Of a stretch of 64,000 nt of DNA, positions 37,519 to 51,096 are shown one piece after another (the stretch's first letter is position 1; the number at the start of each line of letters is the position of its first letter). The notes under the pieces were generated by a model that saw only the letters and a program-made list of their open reading frames with translations, did not search any database and had not been told where the DNA came from. The DNA is from Botryllus schlosseri (taxonomy: Eukaryota). The DNA lies in the NCBI GenBank assembly GCA_051294905.1, contig CM119371.1, forward strand, positions 16,060,001-16,124,000. The letters are read 5' to 3'. The translations under genes and the position numbers were made by a program.

Positions 37519-39887
37519 TAGGCTTACCATATTTTTGTGACTTCAAAGCGGGACGCCTCCAAAGACCAAGACCCCTTAGCTGTAATTTGTCAACTTTACA
37601 TTTTCCGATATTATTACACAGGCCTATATTTGTCATCGAGAGTTCATGCGCATATTCTCTATCTAAATATCGGTTTCAGTTCGAGAAATAGAAAGGAATT
37701 GACGTTAACGATACAAAATTTACTTATTCGCCCAATCATACTTTTCTGTAGATAACACCTTCTTCAAAAAGACATTGTTCAATTTTACATTCTCGTAAAA
37801 GTCAGAGCAGGACCAATCATTATTGATTTTACATGTGATAACGGCTTTCACGTTCTGCTCCAGCATCCTGCTTCTGCTCTCGGACCACATGCTCTTCATG
37901 ACAGTGTTGGGATGACTCGAGTCATGACTTGACTCGAGTCAGACTCGAGTCAACTTTTTCGTATGACTTGACTTGACTCGAGTCACTTTGCTAAAATGAC
38001 TTGACTTGACTTGACTCGGCGCATCAGAAATGTGGATTGACTCGTGACTCGAAGCAAAATTCACGAGTCAATTTCAAGTCATCAGGTATAATCTGTTTCG
38101 ATAAAAATCACTGTATCTTGCATTTATTCGGATTGTTCGAGAAACGCGGGTGTATCCCGTGAGAGTGAACAATCATTCAATGATTGTGCGTCTTACTGAG
38201 CCTCCATTGTTCACTCACAAATATATCGACCGCAAGCGAAGTGATCGAAGCTTACAGCTTACGTTGTCGTAGACTAGTATAGTAAAGTAATTTTATAACA
38301 AAATGTGTATTTCTGTTCTCCGTTCTTGCCTTAACCAAACTTCTTGTTTTATTGAAATTGAATTCGAATATAGTTTATATGGTCCTAAACCGTTGGCACA
38401 GGCTCAAATTGTATCATATCAATTTGTAAATGGGTAATGTATTGCATCTAAACAATTCGATTGACATGGTCTATTTTGGCTGGTGACTATATAAACTGAA
38501 GCTATGCAATTATACTTACGTAGCTTAGCAGTTCTAATCATATGTGAGCGATACAGCGGCTTCTTGCGTGTATATTTAACTCTATATTCGTTCATCGGTT
38601 CAAAATCAATGACCACTCAATCTGTATTTCAGACAGCTAGCAAAATGCCATGACGTAGCATACCTGATACTTCGAAAAGGCAACTTGACTTGAAATGTGA
38701 CTTGACTCGTGACTTGACTTGACTTGACTCGACTTGACTCGAGTCACCTCTAAAAATCAAGTGACTTGACTTGACTCGAGTCACCTTCGAAAATCGATTG
38801 ACTTGACTTGACTCGAGTCAAAATGTGCAATGACTCGAAATGACTCGTGACTCGAAGGTAGTGACTTGATCCCAACACTGCTTCATGATGGAAAATATTC
38901 TTTCAATGGGTGCGGATGTTCCGGGTAAACAAAATATGAACTCTACCAGCTTTTGAAAGTTTGAAACGTGTATGCCTTTTTTCACATTCTTTGAACATCT
39001 CGACCCATTTTCGTTCCAAAGACGCATTTTGCCATCTCTCTCCCTTACAACGTACAGACACGTGCCTTTTCACGAGTACTTGTTCGTCGAAAAGAGAGTC
39101 GCTGTTGATCACATGCTTCCCAAACATTATGTTGATCTTTTCCGCAGACTCACACACTCGCACCCAGGATATTTCTTTGTTTAGGTCGATCCAAAGACGA
39201 GGAAGCACATCTTTATAAGAACCCTCATAAAGATCCAGATACGATAAGCATTTGTCGTAAAATTCTCTTGATTCTTTGTAAAACAAGTTTACGTTTACTT
39301 CGCCTGCTTCTTGTAGCTTGCCCAAGAGAGTCAATGCTGCAGATGGGATGAAGTTGTTTTCTTTCTTTTCAAGTAGGTTTAGCTTTAGCTCTGACAGAAC
39401 ATGTGCCACATCTACGGCACTAGCGTTTTCCTTTTCTAACTTTAGAATAGTCTCGTTGAAGTATTTCAACTGCCCATGAACAAATTTCAAATAGAGCCCT
39501 TGTGTTGGTTCTTCGAAGCATTTTTTTGATGAGAGTAGGACAAACTTCTTGGGAGTTGAAGTAACTTTTCAATCCCTCAAACATTTCAAGTATTCTTTGC
39601 AAAGCTGGTAGCAAAGAGAGAAATCTTGTATTGCCATGTTGCAAGATACCCTGATACTCAATTTCTACAAAGTCGCAAAATATTTTCAGCTCAGTAACTC
39701 GAACGGTGTAAATGTGAAAAAATTTATATATTTTCCCAACAAGAAGAAATTTGGAAAATTTTGTTAGTTCAGCAGTCCTACTTTACGGCCTTAAAAAGCG
39801 GGACGTTTGGCTGACTGGTCGGGACGCCGGGACAAGACGTTAAAAAGCGGGACTATCCCGCCTAAAACGGGACGTATGGTAAGCCTA
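37519..39887 (-). mobile_element. Blackjack-like hAT relic with fragmented transposase, interrupted by a MITE
   Basis: TIRs TAGGCTTACCATA / TATGGTAAGCCTA. Minus-strand fragments GNTRFLSLLPALQRILE and FCLPGTSAPIERIFSIMK|SMWSESRSRM (hAT dimerisation region) are split by 37902-38880. TSD degraded. Confidence 0.8.
37902..38880. mobile_element. hAT-type MITE with GACTCGAGTC/GACTT subterminal arrays
   Basis: TIR CAGTGTTGGGAT and perfect TSD CTTCATGA. Confidence 0.92.
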
Positions 39888-40079
39888 TTTATAACTGATC
39901 TGAATAAAGTTTGTCGCCATTCGCCAAACTACATATCAACCTCCCAGAAAATAGGTAAATCCAATCCAAATCCTAATCCGTTCAGAAAAAAATCTCTAAT
40001 CCTAATCCAATCCAAATCCGACAAAATTTCAGAAATCCTGTTTTATCAAATCCTAATCCTAATCCATGCTCATCTCTGC

Positions 40080-41022
40080 TAGCTAGATGTCAAGCCCAGC
40101 AGCAATCCATATTTCGGGACATTGTTAATATTGCCGACGACTTAACAGCCGCATCGTTCAAAATTGCTTGTAATATCGCTAAACCCAAGAAATATGCTAG
40201 AGAAGGTGCAGTGTAATAGAACTCTCACATACTGTGAGAATATGCGCTGTTTCGGGAACTTAGCAGCAAGGAAAACATCATCTGACAAATTTCGAAGCCA
40301 CAGTTGTCTGATTCAACCGTGAACAGAATATTATGAAACACGTTGCCGCGTAGCCTACTTACGTCTAGCATTGGACGAATCCACCGAATTCGCATACATT
40401 ACATAGCTCAATTCTCTGGTTGCATTTTTATCAGAGTGGACATATTTGTAGAGGAAATGCTGACAGGGCAAACGTCGGGAGGGGACCAGCGACAAACATC
40501 AACTTGACAAAGCTGACTTCTGTAACTATATTGGTGCAGGGCTTTAGCCATGATGGGAAGGGAGAAGGATTGATAGGTTTGCTCAGAAATGATCCTGAAC
40601 ACCAGACTCCCCCTCATATCACTGAGAGCTCAATATGATAATGGCCTCTGTAACGAAATAGTGACCGTAATTTTATACTTTCGCGGTGACGCATTGAAAC
40701 AGAGAGTTCGCTTCTCTGGTGGAAGAGTTTGAAGGTTCATATACCGATTTGGCAACGAACGCAATGCACCCTCTATGAAAGGATTGACTTGCACCTCTGA
40801 TGGATACATATTCACACAAAAATAGCAACTGCAAACTTAGGAACGCTGTCCATTATTGCTTTAGAATAGATTTTTAAAATGCCCCTATACGACTGGTAAA
40901 TAGGCTACATTAGCGTAAATTTATTAGTAGCCCAAAAATGCATGATAATAATGTTCTGCGGCTCGCAGCGTCTTTTGCTGTTAAAATTCGGCCCGTCATA
41001 CAAGGGAAGTTGAGAACCCCTG
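40080..41022 (+). mobile_element. 5'-truncated second copy of the 16085-17462 hAT derivative
   Basis: Colinear similarity to about 16620-17462 and the same right end GGGAAGTTGAGAACCCCTG. Confidence 0.8.
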
Positions 41023-41276
41023 CCATAGGATGTTTGACATCCCTGATTTACAGAAGAGATGTTTCGGTGAACATGTCTTCTACGGGTTTCCGATGCATGT
41101 GAGAATATATGAACGCGCAAACCGATATCTCAGGACTAGATTTGGGAATCAAAGCATTCATAAAAACCGAAAAGGGATTTGCATCAGACACCGCAGATCA
41201 GTGGCTCGCATCTCATGAGCCCACTATGATAAATATTATATAATAGTATGTCTCAAGCGATGGATAGCCTATATAG

Positions 41277-42161
41277 CAGTGGTCGGGAACCTATGGCTCG
41301 CGAGCCATATATGGCTCTTTTGGGTATAATATATGGCTCTTTGACATATTTTCAATTTTGTACTTAATTTTATCGATATTGCAGCAATTTGTCAGCCAAT
41401 TTTCTTAACGGCTAGAATACTTATACTCGTGGCAGCATAAACGTGTTTTTGAGAGGTCAAGACGGTGGCGTATCCAGGGTTAAGGGCTTGGACCACTTTA
41501 CAAAATACTCAAATTTGAGTAGCTGTAGCGCCAGCGACTAATATCACTCGCGAATTCCATGTACCCAGCATCGCGCGCTGCGTAATCTTGGATGGCATCA
41601 CACGTTGGTTGATCAAAGAGAATAGCATGACATGGGGACGCCTATATGACAATCTATTTTTCAAATGCACATTGTCTTACTGATCTACGCCGAGAAATGA
41701 ACTGTCTTGGAAGTGACATTCCAATTACAAATCCAAATTACAAACAACGCTTTGCCACCCACGCTCGTCATTGATAAGTAGCTTTCTAGTACTGCCGTTA
41801 AAATGTAAGCGAGTTGTGCAACGTTTAGGTTACCACCGAATTGAGAAGTTGATCAATATTTAGATTTTTGGAATCAGTGCTACAGACCTACGGGTATATT
41901 AGATAAATATCAATTATTAAAAAATCTCAGCTATTTACAATGAATTGCTACCACAGGATGATTAGTAGCCTACCAGTTTTTACAGAGAAATATGGCGGCC
42001 ACGATTAATCCCATGCAGGGAGTTCGAATTTGTACTACCATGACGTAACGAATTTTCAATTATGAGGTAACAATTGATTGGCAAGTATGGCTCTTCTGGA
42101 GTTAAAATGGAAAATATAGGGCAAACATGGCTCTTCAGACGAAAAAGGTTCCCGACCACTG
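41277..42161. mobile_element. hAT MITE (Buster-type)
   Basis: TIR CAGTGGTCGGGAACCT, TSD CTATATAG / CTATATAA, and an empty site at about 29830. Confidence 0.9.
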
Positions 42162-43600
42162 CTATATAATGTCGCAATGATTACGAAATTGGTCGACAAA
42201 TTTCAAAACAGAATTTGCACCACAAGCTTTGATGATTGATGTAGGCCAATGTTAGGTTGCTGAATCCGATCATGTGCTCGGAATTGCTCTATCTCGTCAG
42301 ATGTTGTTGCTGTAATTTTTGCTCAATTTCTTGAATTGATGAAATCTCGACTTTGGTAACATTACGGTGAGCCTATAACAGCAAAAGTTCTACTAGTGTT
42401 CCTGAAATCATCTGTGATGAAACCTGGGCCGGGCTGTTTGTAGAACAGAACGACCGAGTTTTCGGTGAGCTTTAATCCGGTGGTTTTCAAATTTCTTTGA
42501 ATCAGGACCTCTTTTCGTCTTTCGAAAATATATGTGGACGCAATCATCTTTTAGTTAGAGCATTTTTCACCCTTATACATCGTTCTAGTTTAAAAGATTG
42601 TGTTTAATAACTCCATATTTAACTTAGTTCCCTCCGTTATCGTTAAATATAATCGGTCAATGCATTTTGCGACAGCACACTGCTCCTTCGTAAAACGTAG
42701 TAGTTTGTAAACAATAAACATGCGATATTGTTCGTATGTAACGTAATGTAGAAGAAAATTATACACTTTGCCACATTACCAGAATAAGTGATCTGTGGTG
42801 GCTTTTGGGGTGGGCGATGTGGGCGGACGCTCGCCCCCCCTGGTCGAAGCCCCCCTCTCTTTGGTTAATGCGATTTTTTCAAGGATTATGGCAAATAAAC
42901 GGGGAAATCCTTGTACCAATCAAGAATATGATTCCGTACAGATGTGTCAATCATCATCAAATCTCTGCATTTGTTAGAAAAGTCCTATATCCCGATAATC
43001 ATCACGCCTCTGCATGCGTTAGAATTACTTAGTTTTGATGTAGTCTATCCTTGCACACATGCAATAGATATGCAATAGATATGGCCGAATCCAGTACCCG
43101 GCTAAAACCCTTGACGTGGTGAAAGATTGATAGTAATAATATACGCAAAAGGGGGGTCTGGGGGTGGAGCTCCCATATGTTACGATTACATACTTATAGG
43201 CCCCCCCCCGGTAAGTCTCGCCCAGCCCCCCAGCCCCCATTCGCTGGGCCATCACTGTGTGACACATACCTTTACAAGCCCGACTCGAAGTGTATTCTCC
43301 GCAGACCACATGCTTGTCTGTCCTCAAAACAATACGGAACCCATCGCTATGCGCAATCAAGCATATCATAACACCACATCTCCCTTTTTAAGTGGAAGAG
43401 ACATCGACACTACTTACATTATATACAAGGGATAATACAGCAGCGATAACAATATATACAAGGTGACACTACCCCTGCAAGGTTAGCAAGAGCAGGGCAT
43501 TTAAACTTAACAGACATAGCCACCAGGGAGGTAGACTACTCCCAAGGTGTACAACAGGTTAGGGGATTATTCTGCCCCTTATCTTGAAACCTGTGTATGA

Positions 43601-46600
43601 TCAATATTGCTTTATAAATCGTTGAGGCGGATTTCTAATTCTCGAGGATCGTCTCACGGGATTCTCTCCGGTAGGTTCAGTTGAACCGTTGGCTTCTTGG
43701 TGGTGTCCTGGTTTCTTTGACGCTACAAGACAATATTCAACCGGTTTATTCTGACGCGGAACAGATGGTTTTGGTTCCTCCGGAGGGTTGTACTTCCGTA
43801 AGTGTTTTCGGTTTCGCCTCATTAGTCCATTGTTCGTTTCAACGATTATAGCTCTAGGATTTTCATGCATCTCCTTGATGATACCCATCCTCTCGCAATC
43901 AGGAATGTATACATGATCTCCAATTCAGAATCTATCATTCTCAACCACACGATGTCTTTTATTGTAACTCGCAGCCATTTTCTGTCTATACTCCGTCTCC
44001 CTTTTTCGAAGATCGTCGGCATCAACAGTCTGTGGTCATAGCTGATCAGGATGACAAATCACCTTTGTCTTCAATCTGCGCCCCATGCTCAATTGGGCGG
44101 GCGAGAACCCGCTGTGTAATGGCGTGTTCCTGTAGTTCAGTAGCGTCAGATAGAGATCATCTGTTTTCTTGAGCAGGCCCTAATAGTTTGCACTCTTCTA
44201 TCGATGAAACCATTGCCCTGGCTATATTTCGGAGAAGAGGTGAGGTGCTGAAAATTCCAGGCTCTGGAGAACTGGGAAAATTCAGAGGAAACGAAGACTG
44301 AAGCATGGTCAGTAAGTAAAACATCACAGATACCATGATGAGAGAACACATTCTTGAAGTTCAAAATTGTGTCCCGCGACGAGATCGTTTTCTTCACTGA
44401 GAACAGTTCTATGTCTCTGGAGTAGTAATCCATGATCAGAAGGCAGTACTTGTCCTCCAGTTGAAAAAAATCAGCAGCAATTCTACTCCATGGGCGTCTC
44501 GGAAATTCGGTCCCCATCATTGGTTTAGTTCGATCTCGTCGATGCTTTTCGCAGCGGTTGCAGTTGAGTACTGCATGTTCAATGTCTTTTGAATAACCCG
44601 GCCACCAGCAAGCTTGAGCTGCAAGTTGTCTGGTCTTGGTTATTCCAAGGTGCGATTGGTGAAGATGCTTCAGAACATCTTCGCGCAACGACGGTGGTAT
44701 GACGAGTCTGTTGCTTTTTAGCAAGAGATTGCAGTGTTGGGATCAAGTCACTACCTTCGAGTCACGAGTCATTTCGAGTCAGTGCACATTTCGACTCGAG
44801 TCAAGTCAAGTCAATCGATTTTCGAAGGTGACTCGAGTCAAGTCAAGTCAGTCGATTTTTGGAGGTGACTCGAGTCAAGTCGAGTCAAGTCAAGTCAAGT
44901 CACGAGTCAAGTCAAAATTCAAGTCAAGTTGCCTTTTAGAAATATGAAGCATGATTACGTCATTGCATTTCACTAGGTCTCTGAATAACAGATTGATTGG
45001 TCATTGATTCTGAACCGATGAACGAATATAGAGTTGAATATACATGCAATAAAGGGCTGTATCGCTCACATAAACATAGAACTATTGAACTACGTAAGTA
45101 ATTGCATAGCCTCATTTTATAGTTACCAGCCAAGATAGAGAATCGAGAAACGAATTGAGAAGATGCAATACATTACCCATTTATACATATTGATATGATA
45201 CAATTCAAGTCTGCGCCGATGGTTAAGGAGTATATAAACTATATTCGATTACAATTTCCATAAAACAAGAGGTTCGGTTAAGGTAAGAACAGAGAACACA
45301 TATATATATTTTGCTATGAAATTACTTTACTTCTAGTTTACGACAACGTAAGCTGTAGCTTCGATCACTTCGTTTGTGGTCAATATCTTTGTGGGAGAAT
45401 ATTGGGGGATCAGTGAAACGCACGATCATTTAATGATCGGTCGCTCTCATGGGTTACACAAAAGTTTGGCGAACAAGATGCAAGATGCAAGATAAGGTGA
45501 TTTTTACTTGATGACTTGAAATTGACTCGTGCATTTTGCTCCGAGTCACGAGTCAATCCACATTTCTGATACGCCGAGTCAAGTCAAGTCAAGTCATTTT
45601 AGCAAAGTGACTCGAGTCAAGTCAAGTCATACGAAAAAGGTGACTCGAGTCTGACTCGAGTCAAGTCATGACTCGAGTCATCCCAACACTGAGAGATTGT
45701 CATGTACTGTTAACACGTCTCTGAGATTCCATAAGATACGTAACGGTCCATTTAAAGTTTCTCTGTTCTTTGGCCATCCTCCGACAACATATGTCATAAC
45801 AGTAGACAGTGTATTGTCTTCTTTCAGAGCGTTCTTTATTTCTTCCAGGCGTCGGTCAGTAGCAGACAGCCCGCTTACCAGAGCACGCACACATGCTTCC
45901 GCTTCCTTGTGAAGATCAGAGTCTTCGATGCCATCCGTTATAGGTAAAGGGCATCGTGATAGCGCGTCTGCTGTGTACATCGACTTTCCAGGCGTGTGAA
46001 AAATTTCAAAGCTATAGGACATCAACCTGATTTTAAATCTTTGAATTCTGACAGGTAGTTCGTCAAGCGATTTCGTTGACAGCAGAGGCACTAGTGGTTT
46101 GTGGTCGGTTTCAACTTTCAGGTCTGCAATACCCAGTAGCAGTTCTCTCCAGTGCTCCATTGCCCAAGTGATTGCCAAAGCCTCCTTTTCTATCTGGGCA
46201 TACCGTTGTTCAGTATCGCTCATTGATCTACTGGCATATGCGACTGGGCAAAGGTTATTGTCATCTTGTCTTTGCATCAGAACGGCACCAAGGCCGTAAC
46301 TGCTGGAGTCAGCCGAGAGCACAGTTTCCCTGTCTGGGCAATACATGGCTAACGTAACATCGGTAGACAGATCGCGTTTCACTCTTGCAAACGATTCCTC
46401 TTGTGACGGGCCCCAGTACCACTCAACCTTCTTTGCCAACAAGTCTCTTAACGGCTTAGTCAGTTCCGTTAGGTTAGGGCTAAACTTCATGAGCTGGTTT
46501 GTCATTCCCAGGAACCTGCGAAGTTCAGTCTTGTCAGTAGGAGCAGTAATTCACAATAGCCTGCACCTTCTTGGGATCTTTGCTGATACCAGCTTGGCCA

Positions 46601-47805
46601 ATGACCTGACGGAGATGTTCAAGTTCAGTTGCAGCAAAGATGCATTTCTTCCCATTTAGAGTCATGCCAGAGCATTTAAGACGGTCCAATACAGCCTTCA
46701 GTGTCTCATCGTGCGTAGTTTGAGTACCAACTACTAGGATATCATCCATATGGCAAATCACGTTTGGAATTCCCTGCAGGATTTCACTGATACGTTTTTG
46801 AAACGCTTCGGGTGCGCTCGAGATGCCAAATGGTAAGCGACGAAATTGGTATCTCCCAAACGGTGTGATAAACGTTGTCAACTCCCGACTTTCAGGGGCG
46901 AGCTCAATATGATGAAAGCCAGAATTTGCGTCCAGCTTAGTGAAGACCGTCCCCTTTGACAGTTGCCCCAAAGTACTTTCGACTGTAGGCATAGGGTACA
47001 GCTCCCTTTTTACCCCATTATTGAGCTTGGTTAGGTCCACACACAGTCGTACCGTTCCGTCTGGTTTTGCTACTGCAACGATTGGAGCACACCAATCTGT
47101 AGGTCCCGTAACTTTTTCTATGATATCGAGTTCCTCAAGCTTTTCTATCTCCTCTTTGAGTTTCTGGCGCATTGGGATTGGCACACGACGTGGCGAATTC
47201 AAACAGAAGGGCTCAACGCCGTCTTTCATGTGAATAGTAAACGGTTCTCCCAGTTTGCCAGTGCCCTTGAATAGCTCTGGGTATGTTTTCTTGACGTCAT
47301 CTTTGCTCCGCAACCGACACTCAGGAGTAAGTTTGACTGCCCTGATGGATACTTGAACGTCCGGGCACTCTTGAAGGAGTCCAAGTTCCAGTATAACAGG
47401 AGCGCCAATGAGTAGCTTATCTGCATCTGACACAATGTAGACTTTCTCTGTTAACGTCTTGAAGTCGGAGCGGAGTTTCATCCGTACATAACCAACAGCA
47501 TTGAGAGGTTGTCGATTAACTCCAATGAGCCGTCTATCAGATTTCTGTATAGGCCCATATTGTCTCTTGTACAAACGCCGCGGCATGACGGACACTTCTG
47601 CTTCAGAGTCAATAATCCATTTTAGAGTGTTGTTAACGACTCTCAACATGATAGTCCACTGGATAGTCTTAGTAGCCTGTGCTGAAACTACCGATGCTTC
47701 TGCTTCTTGGGTTTCGCCCACACTTCCACACATTGCGTCTGGAAGTTCTTCCTCGTCATAACACCCAGCGGTTGGTTCTTCCTCAACCGTTTCGCTATCC
47801 AGCAC
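43601..47805 (-). pseudogene. pol: Gypsy pol (protease, RT, RNase H, integrase), fragmented
   Basis: WIIDSEAEVS (protease), LDANSGF..LPFGISSAPE..HMDD (RT), ADSSSYGLGAVL..YAQIEKE..TDHKPL (RNase H), HLGITKT..C..C..ADFF..TDH (integrase). Frameshifts and a MITE insertion are present. Confidence 0.92.
44732..45691. mobile_element. Second, inverted copy of the GACTCGAGTC MITE, inserted in Gypsy pol
   Basis: Same TIR and perfect TSD AGAGATTG; it splits pol at HDNL|LLKSNRLVIP. Confidence 0.92.
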
Positions 47806-47910
47806 GCGTACATTTCTACTTCTGCACCTTTCCTTATAATGGGCCGTTTTACCACATCTGTAGCATTTTACCGAGGCTGCTGGACAGAACCCTTTGCCTC
47901 TTTTGTGCCG

Positions 47911-48612
47911 TCAGCCGCAAAATGTGCAGTTTATTATAGGCACAGTTTCAACTGCAGGCTTCTTAGAGGTTTGAGGTCTCGCTTGGTTCACCACCGCTTC
48001 TATTGCTGTAGGTGCAGATCTCCGATCAGCATAGCTCCGTCTCGCCTCGTGGGCAGTCACAACGTCGATAATCTTCTGAGACGTTAGCTTGTCAAAGTCG
48101 ATTTCCGATAGCTTGTACAACATCTCAGAATCATCTACGCACCCGACTATAAGTTTACCCCGAACGGTTGCGTCATACACTGCTGGAGGAAATTGGCATT
48201 TTCGTGCAGCCTTTCTGACTGCATGTACCCAAGATGCAAATGATTCACCCTCCTTGCGTTGTAAGAAATGGAAAAATTGAAGGTGTGCTTCTAACCTGCC
48301 ATCCCGAACCTTGAAACGTTCATCAAACTTCTTCATGACGGTATCAAGGTCAGTTTTGTCTTCTGCTGCAACTGCTCTCACACCGTCTGATGCTGCGACT
48401 GCTTTAGCAAACACGAATTCCTCGTATAAATCCTTTCCTTCATTGCCTATATGATTCAGTAATAATCCAACTTTCTGGCGCTCAGATGATTCAGCATGAC
48501 CTGCTGCATCGATAAAGATCAGGAATTTCTTTTTCCATTCCAGCTAGGCTTCTGCCTCATTCACGGCGCCTATTAATGTGAGATCCCCCGGACCTAATAC
48601 AATGGCCGCCAT
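47911..48612 (-). pseudogene. gag: Gypsy gag with a premature stop
   Basis: ATG at 48612 reads MAAIVLGPGDL..EA*LEWKKKF..QRKEGESFASWV..ARKCQF and ends in a CxxC knuckle disrupted by a stop. Confidence 0.8.
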
Positions 48613-49489
48613 AATTTAGTTATTATACTAGTTCGAAGTTATCCGCTGCCACCATGTAGTATTATCACTGAGCTTCTAGATGTCTACTTAGACAGATACC
48701 TTTACAAGCCCGACTCGAAGTGTATTCTCCGCAGACCACATGCTTGTCTGTCCTCAAAACAATACGGAACCCATCGCTATGCGCAATCAAGCATATCATA
48801 ACACCACAGTAGGTAGCTTTATAGAGCTATCATTACTGGGAATAATGTGTAGACATGAAAATCATGAAATCTTTATTGAGACGGGAGACCAAGAACCCTG
48901 TATTTTTCGCTAGAGCCTAATATACGCATTGGTCTATTTTTATTTATGTTGTTAATTGATCTCGAGGACTTGTGTTTGTGTTGCTACATACTAAATCGCC
49001 AGATGTGTCTTCTCGGCTAACGCAAAATGACCATGATGACAGTGTCCTGTTCCCACTAGTAGAATCGTTAAAAAGTGAATTCAGTTGCCGTGATTCAAGG
49101 GTATTTAACTCATGCGTGTGCTGCGTCTTATCCTTGAACGACTCTCTACCTTTCAAAATTCAAATTGCCGAAGAAATTAGTTTGTCAACCGTCAATTGGA
49201 CCCCCGGTTGAATACCAATGACCTAGAGCTACGATTTTTGTCTTTGAAACTGACTCAAGCTAGTAAGTAATTTCGAAAAGCAGTCGTGAATACACCGTCG
49301 TGGGCACTGCACAGTCCAATATTGGAAGGGGGCAAAATCGGAGGGCGTATAGAGTGTTGCTCCCTCCCACAGGACATTAATTTTTATATAATTAAACAGC
49401 ATGATGATTTACTATTGAATAGTAATACATTCATATCGACATGAACCCGAATAATTGCGGCTAAGAGAATTGGCAGGAACATTGTATAG

Positions 49490-51096
49490 CAGTGGTTCCC
49501 AAACTTTTTTGGTGTGAGGGCCAAATTTAGAATTTCATAGTAGCCTACGGTCGGGGCTGCCCGAATACTACGGCTATGTAACGGACCCAAACAATCATTA
49601 TGGCTATTTCGGAGTAGTTTTATTGCCCTGGCGAGATTTCAAAACTGTACAGGTACACTGTTTACCGCTACTGATCTGCTGCATTGGGTGTCCGTTGAGT
49701 GAATCAGCTTTTCTCGCCTAAACGCGCGAAGCGCGAGAAATTTCTTTAGTTTCATGACTGAATCGGTGATGACTGAATATGATCGGGAATTGCATGTATT
49801 GCTATCAATTTTCATCCTGTCTCTGTTCACGTCATCTGATTTACCGGTAGAGCTGAGTGAGGTGTGTTTGAAAAGGTATAGACCCCCTCAATAGTAATTT
49901 AACATCTCCGGGGGTATACCCGTACAAAATACCCGTATACCCGACAAGAACATTCGGCGCCAGTCATTTAGGCACCTATATGGACAATTAATCCTATATG
50001 TATTTGGTAAATATAACGCAGTTTTTGGTATTTCGAAGTTTTTGGTCAGCATAAAAGCAGTCCTTTACGGCCAAGGCTTTTTCGATGCCGATCGTTCTGA
50101 CACACTTCTGGGAGTCACATGTTACATGGCCTAAAACTTTATATGTCTTGATGCGTTGTGGTGAGGTCATGACCAACCCTGATATGCCCATTTCTATAAA
50201 TCTTTCGCATTTTTTCTTGGGGAAGAGTACCCAATAATCAAGATATGTGGCGAATTGAAATCGCGCACGGCGCGAAAAATTTTGAAAAAGTTGCATAAAT
50301 TTTCAAAAAATACTCCATAATTTCCGAGCTCGGCCCCCCTCAATTGGGGGGTTTGGGGTGCGGCAGTTACGGCCTTGACTATAGGACTACCAATTATGCT
50401 GCTTTTATCCGGCTAAGTAGTATGCATCCCGGCGTATTCAACCGTGAGTCACGTGTTGCACATCTAGTTATCATAGGGTTACCATATAGCCTACGTCCTC
50501 TTTTAAGATGATTTGTCCTCTTTTTCGATTTTTCTAAAGTGTCCTCGGAGGACGCCCAAATGTCTTCTTTTTTGAGATTTTGTCTTCGTTTTTGAAGATT
50601 TTGGTTATGTATAGGTCCAAATCCGACTGATATACATTAAGTCAGCACTGTGGGAACGCTACGGCGGCTATTTCGGGAGCTGGACCGGAAAGTTGACCTT
50701 TTTTTCAGTCAACCACCTGTTAATGTGAAAGAAAAACTATTTTCCGGGAGTTGAGCCTCTTTTTCTTTTTTAGTCAAGCGACCACGAAGTGGGAAAAATT
50801 TACCAGTTTTTTCAGGATTTTCCTCCGGTTTTGAAAGTTGTCAATACCTATTTAAATCTATAGCTATTGCTCGTTCAACTGGAAAGTTAGGGCACATTGC
50901 ATTGAAACAGCAGTGACGTAACGTTAGCAGTCTATACTCACAACTTTCCTGCAATTCTATAATTAAAAACTACAGAGGCCAAGCCAAGCAAGAGTATTTT
51001 ATAAATATAAATTTTATTTTTTGTCATAAATCGATTTCTTAATATATGTTGGGGGCCGCAAGAAGGCTATCTGGGGACCGCGCTTGGGAATTACTG
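49490..51096. mobile_element. Composite non-autonomous hAT containing a Blackjack-type fragment (from about 50474)
   Basis: CAGTGGTTCCCAA / TTGGGAATTACTG ends, TSD TTGTATAG / TTGTACAG, and an empty site at about 33585. Confidence 0.85.

Larger units (their letters stand above)
43261..48808 (-). mobile_element. Ty3/Gypsy LTR retrotransposon, decayed
   Basis: 5' LTR 48655-48808 (TG..CA) with adjacent PBS TGGTGGCAGCGG (tRNA-Leu-like); PPT AAAAAGGGAGA (43379-43389); partial 3' LTR 43261-43378 nearly identical; domain order gag-PR-RT-RH-IN. Confidence 0.93.
41029..49250 (+). mobile_element. Duplicated copy of the Chapaev-like relic, split by a hAT MITE and the Gypsy element
   Basis: 41029-41276 plus 42162-42790 match about 29597-30450, and 48815-49250 matches about 30835-31570. 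Confidence 0.65.
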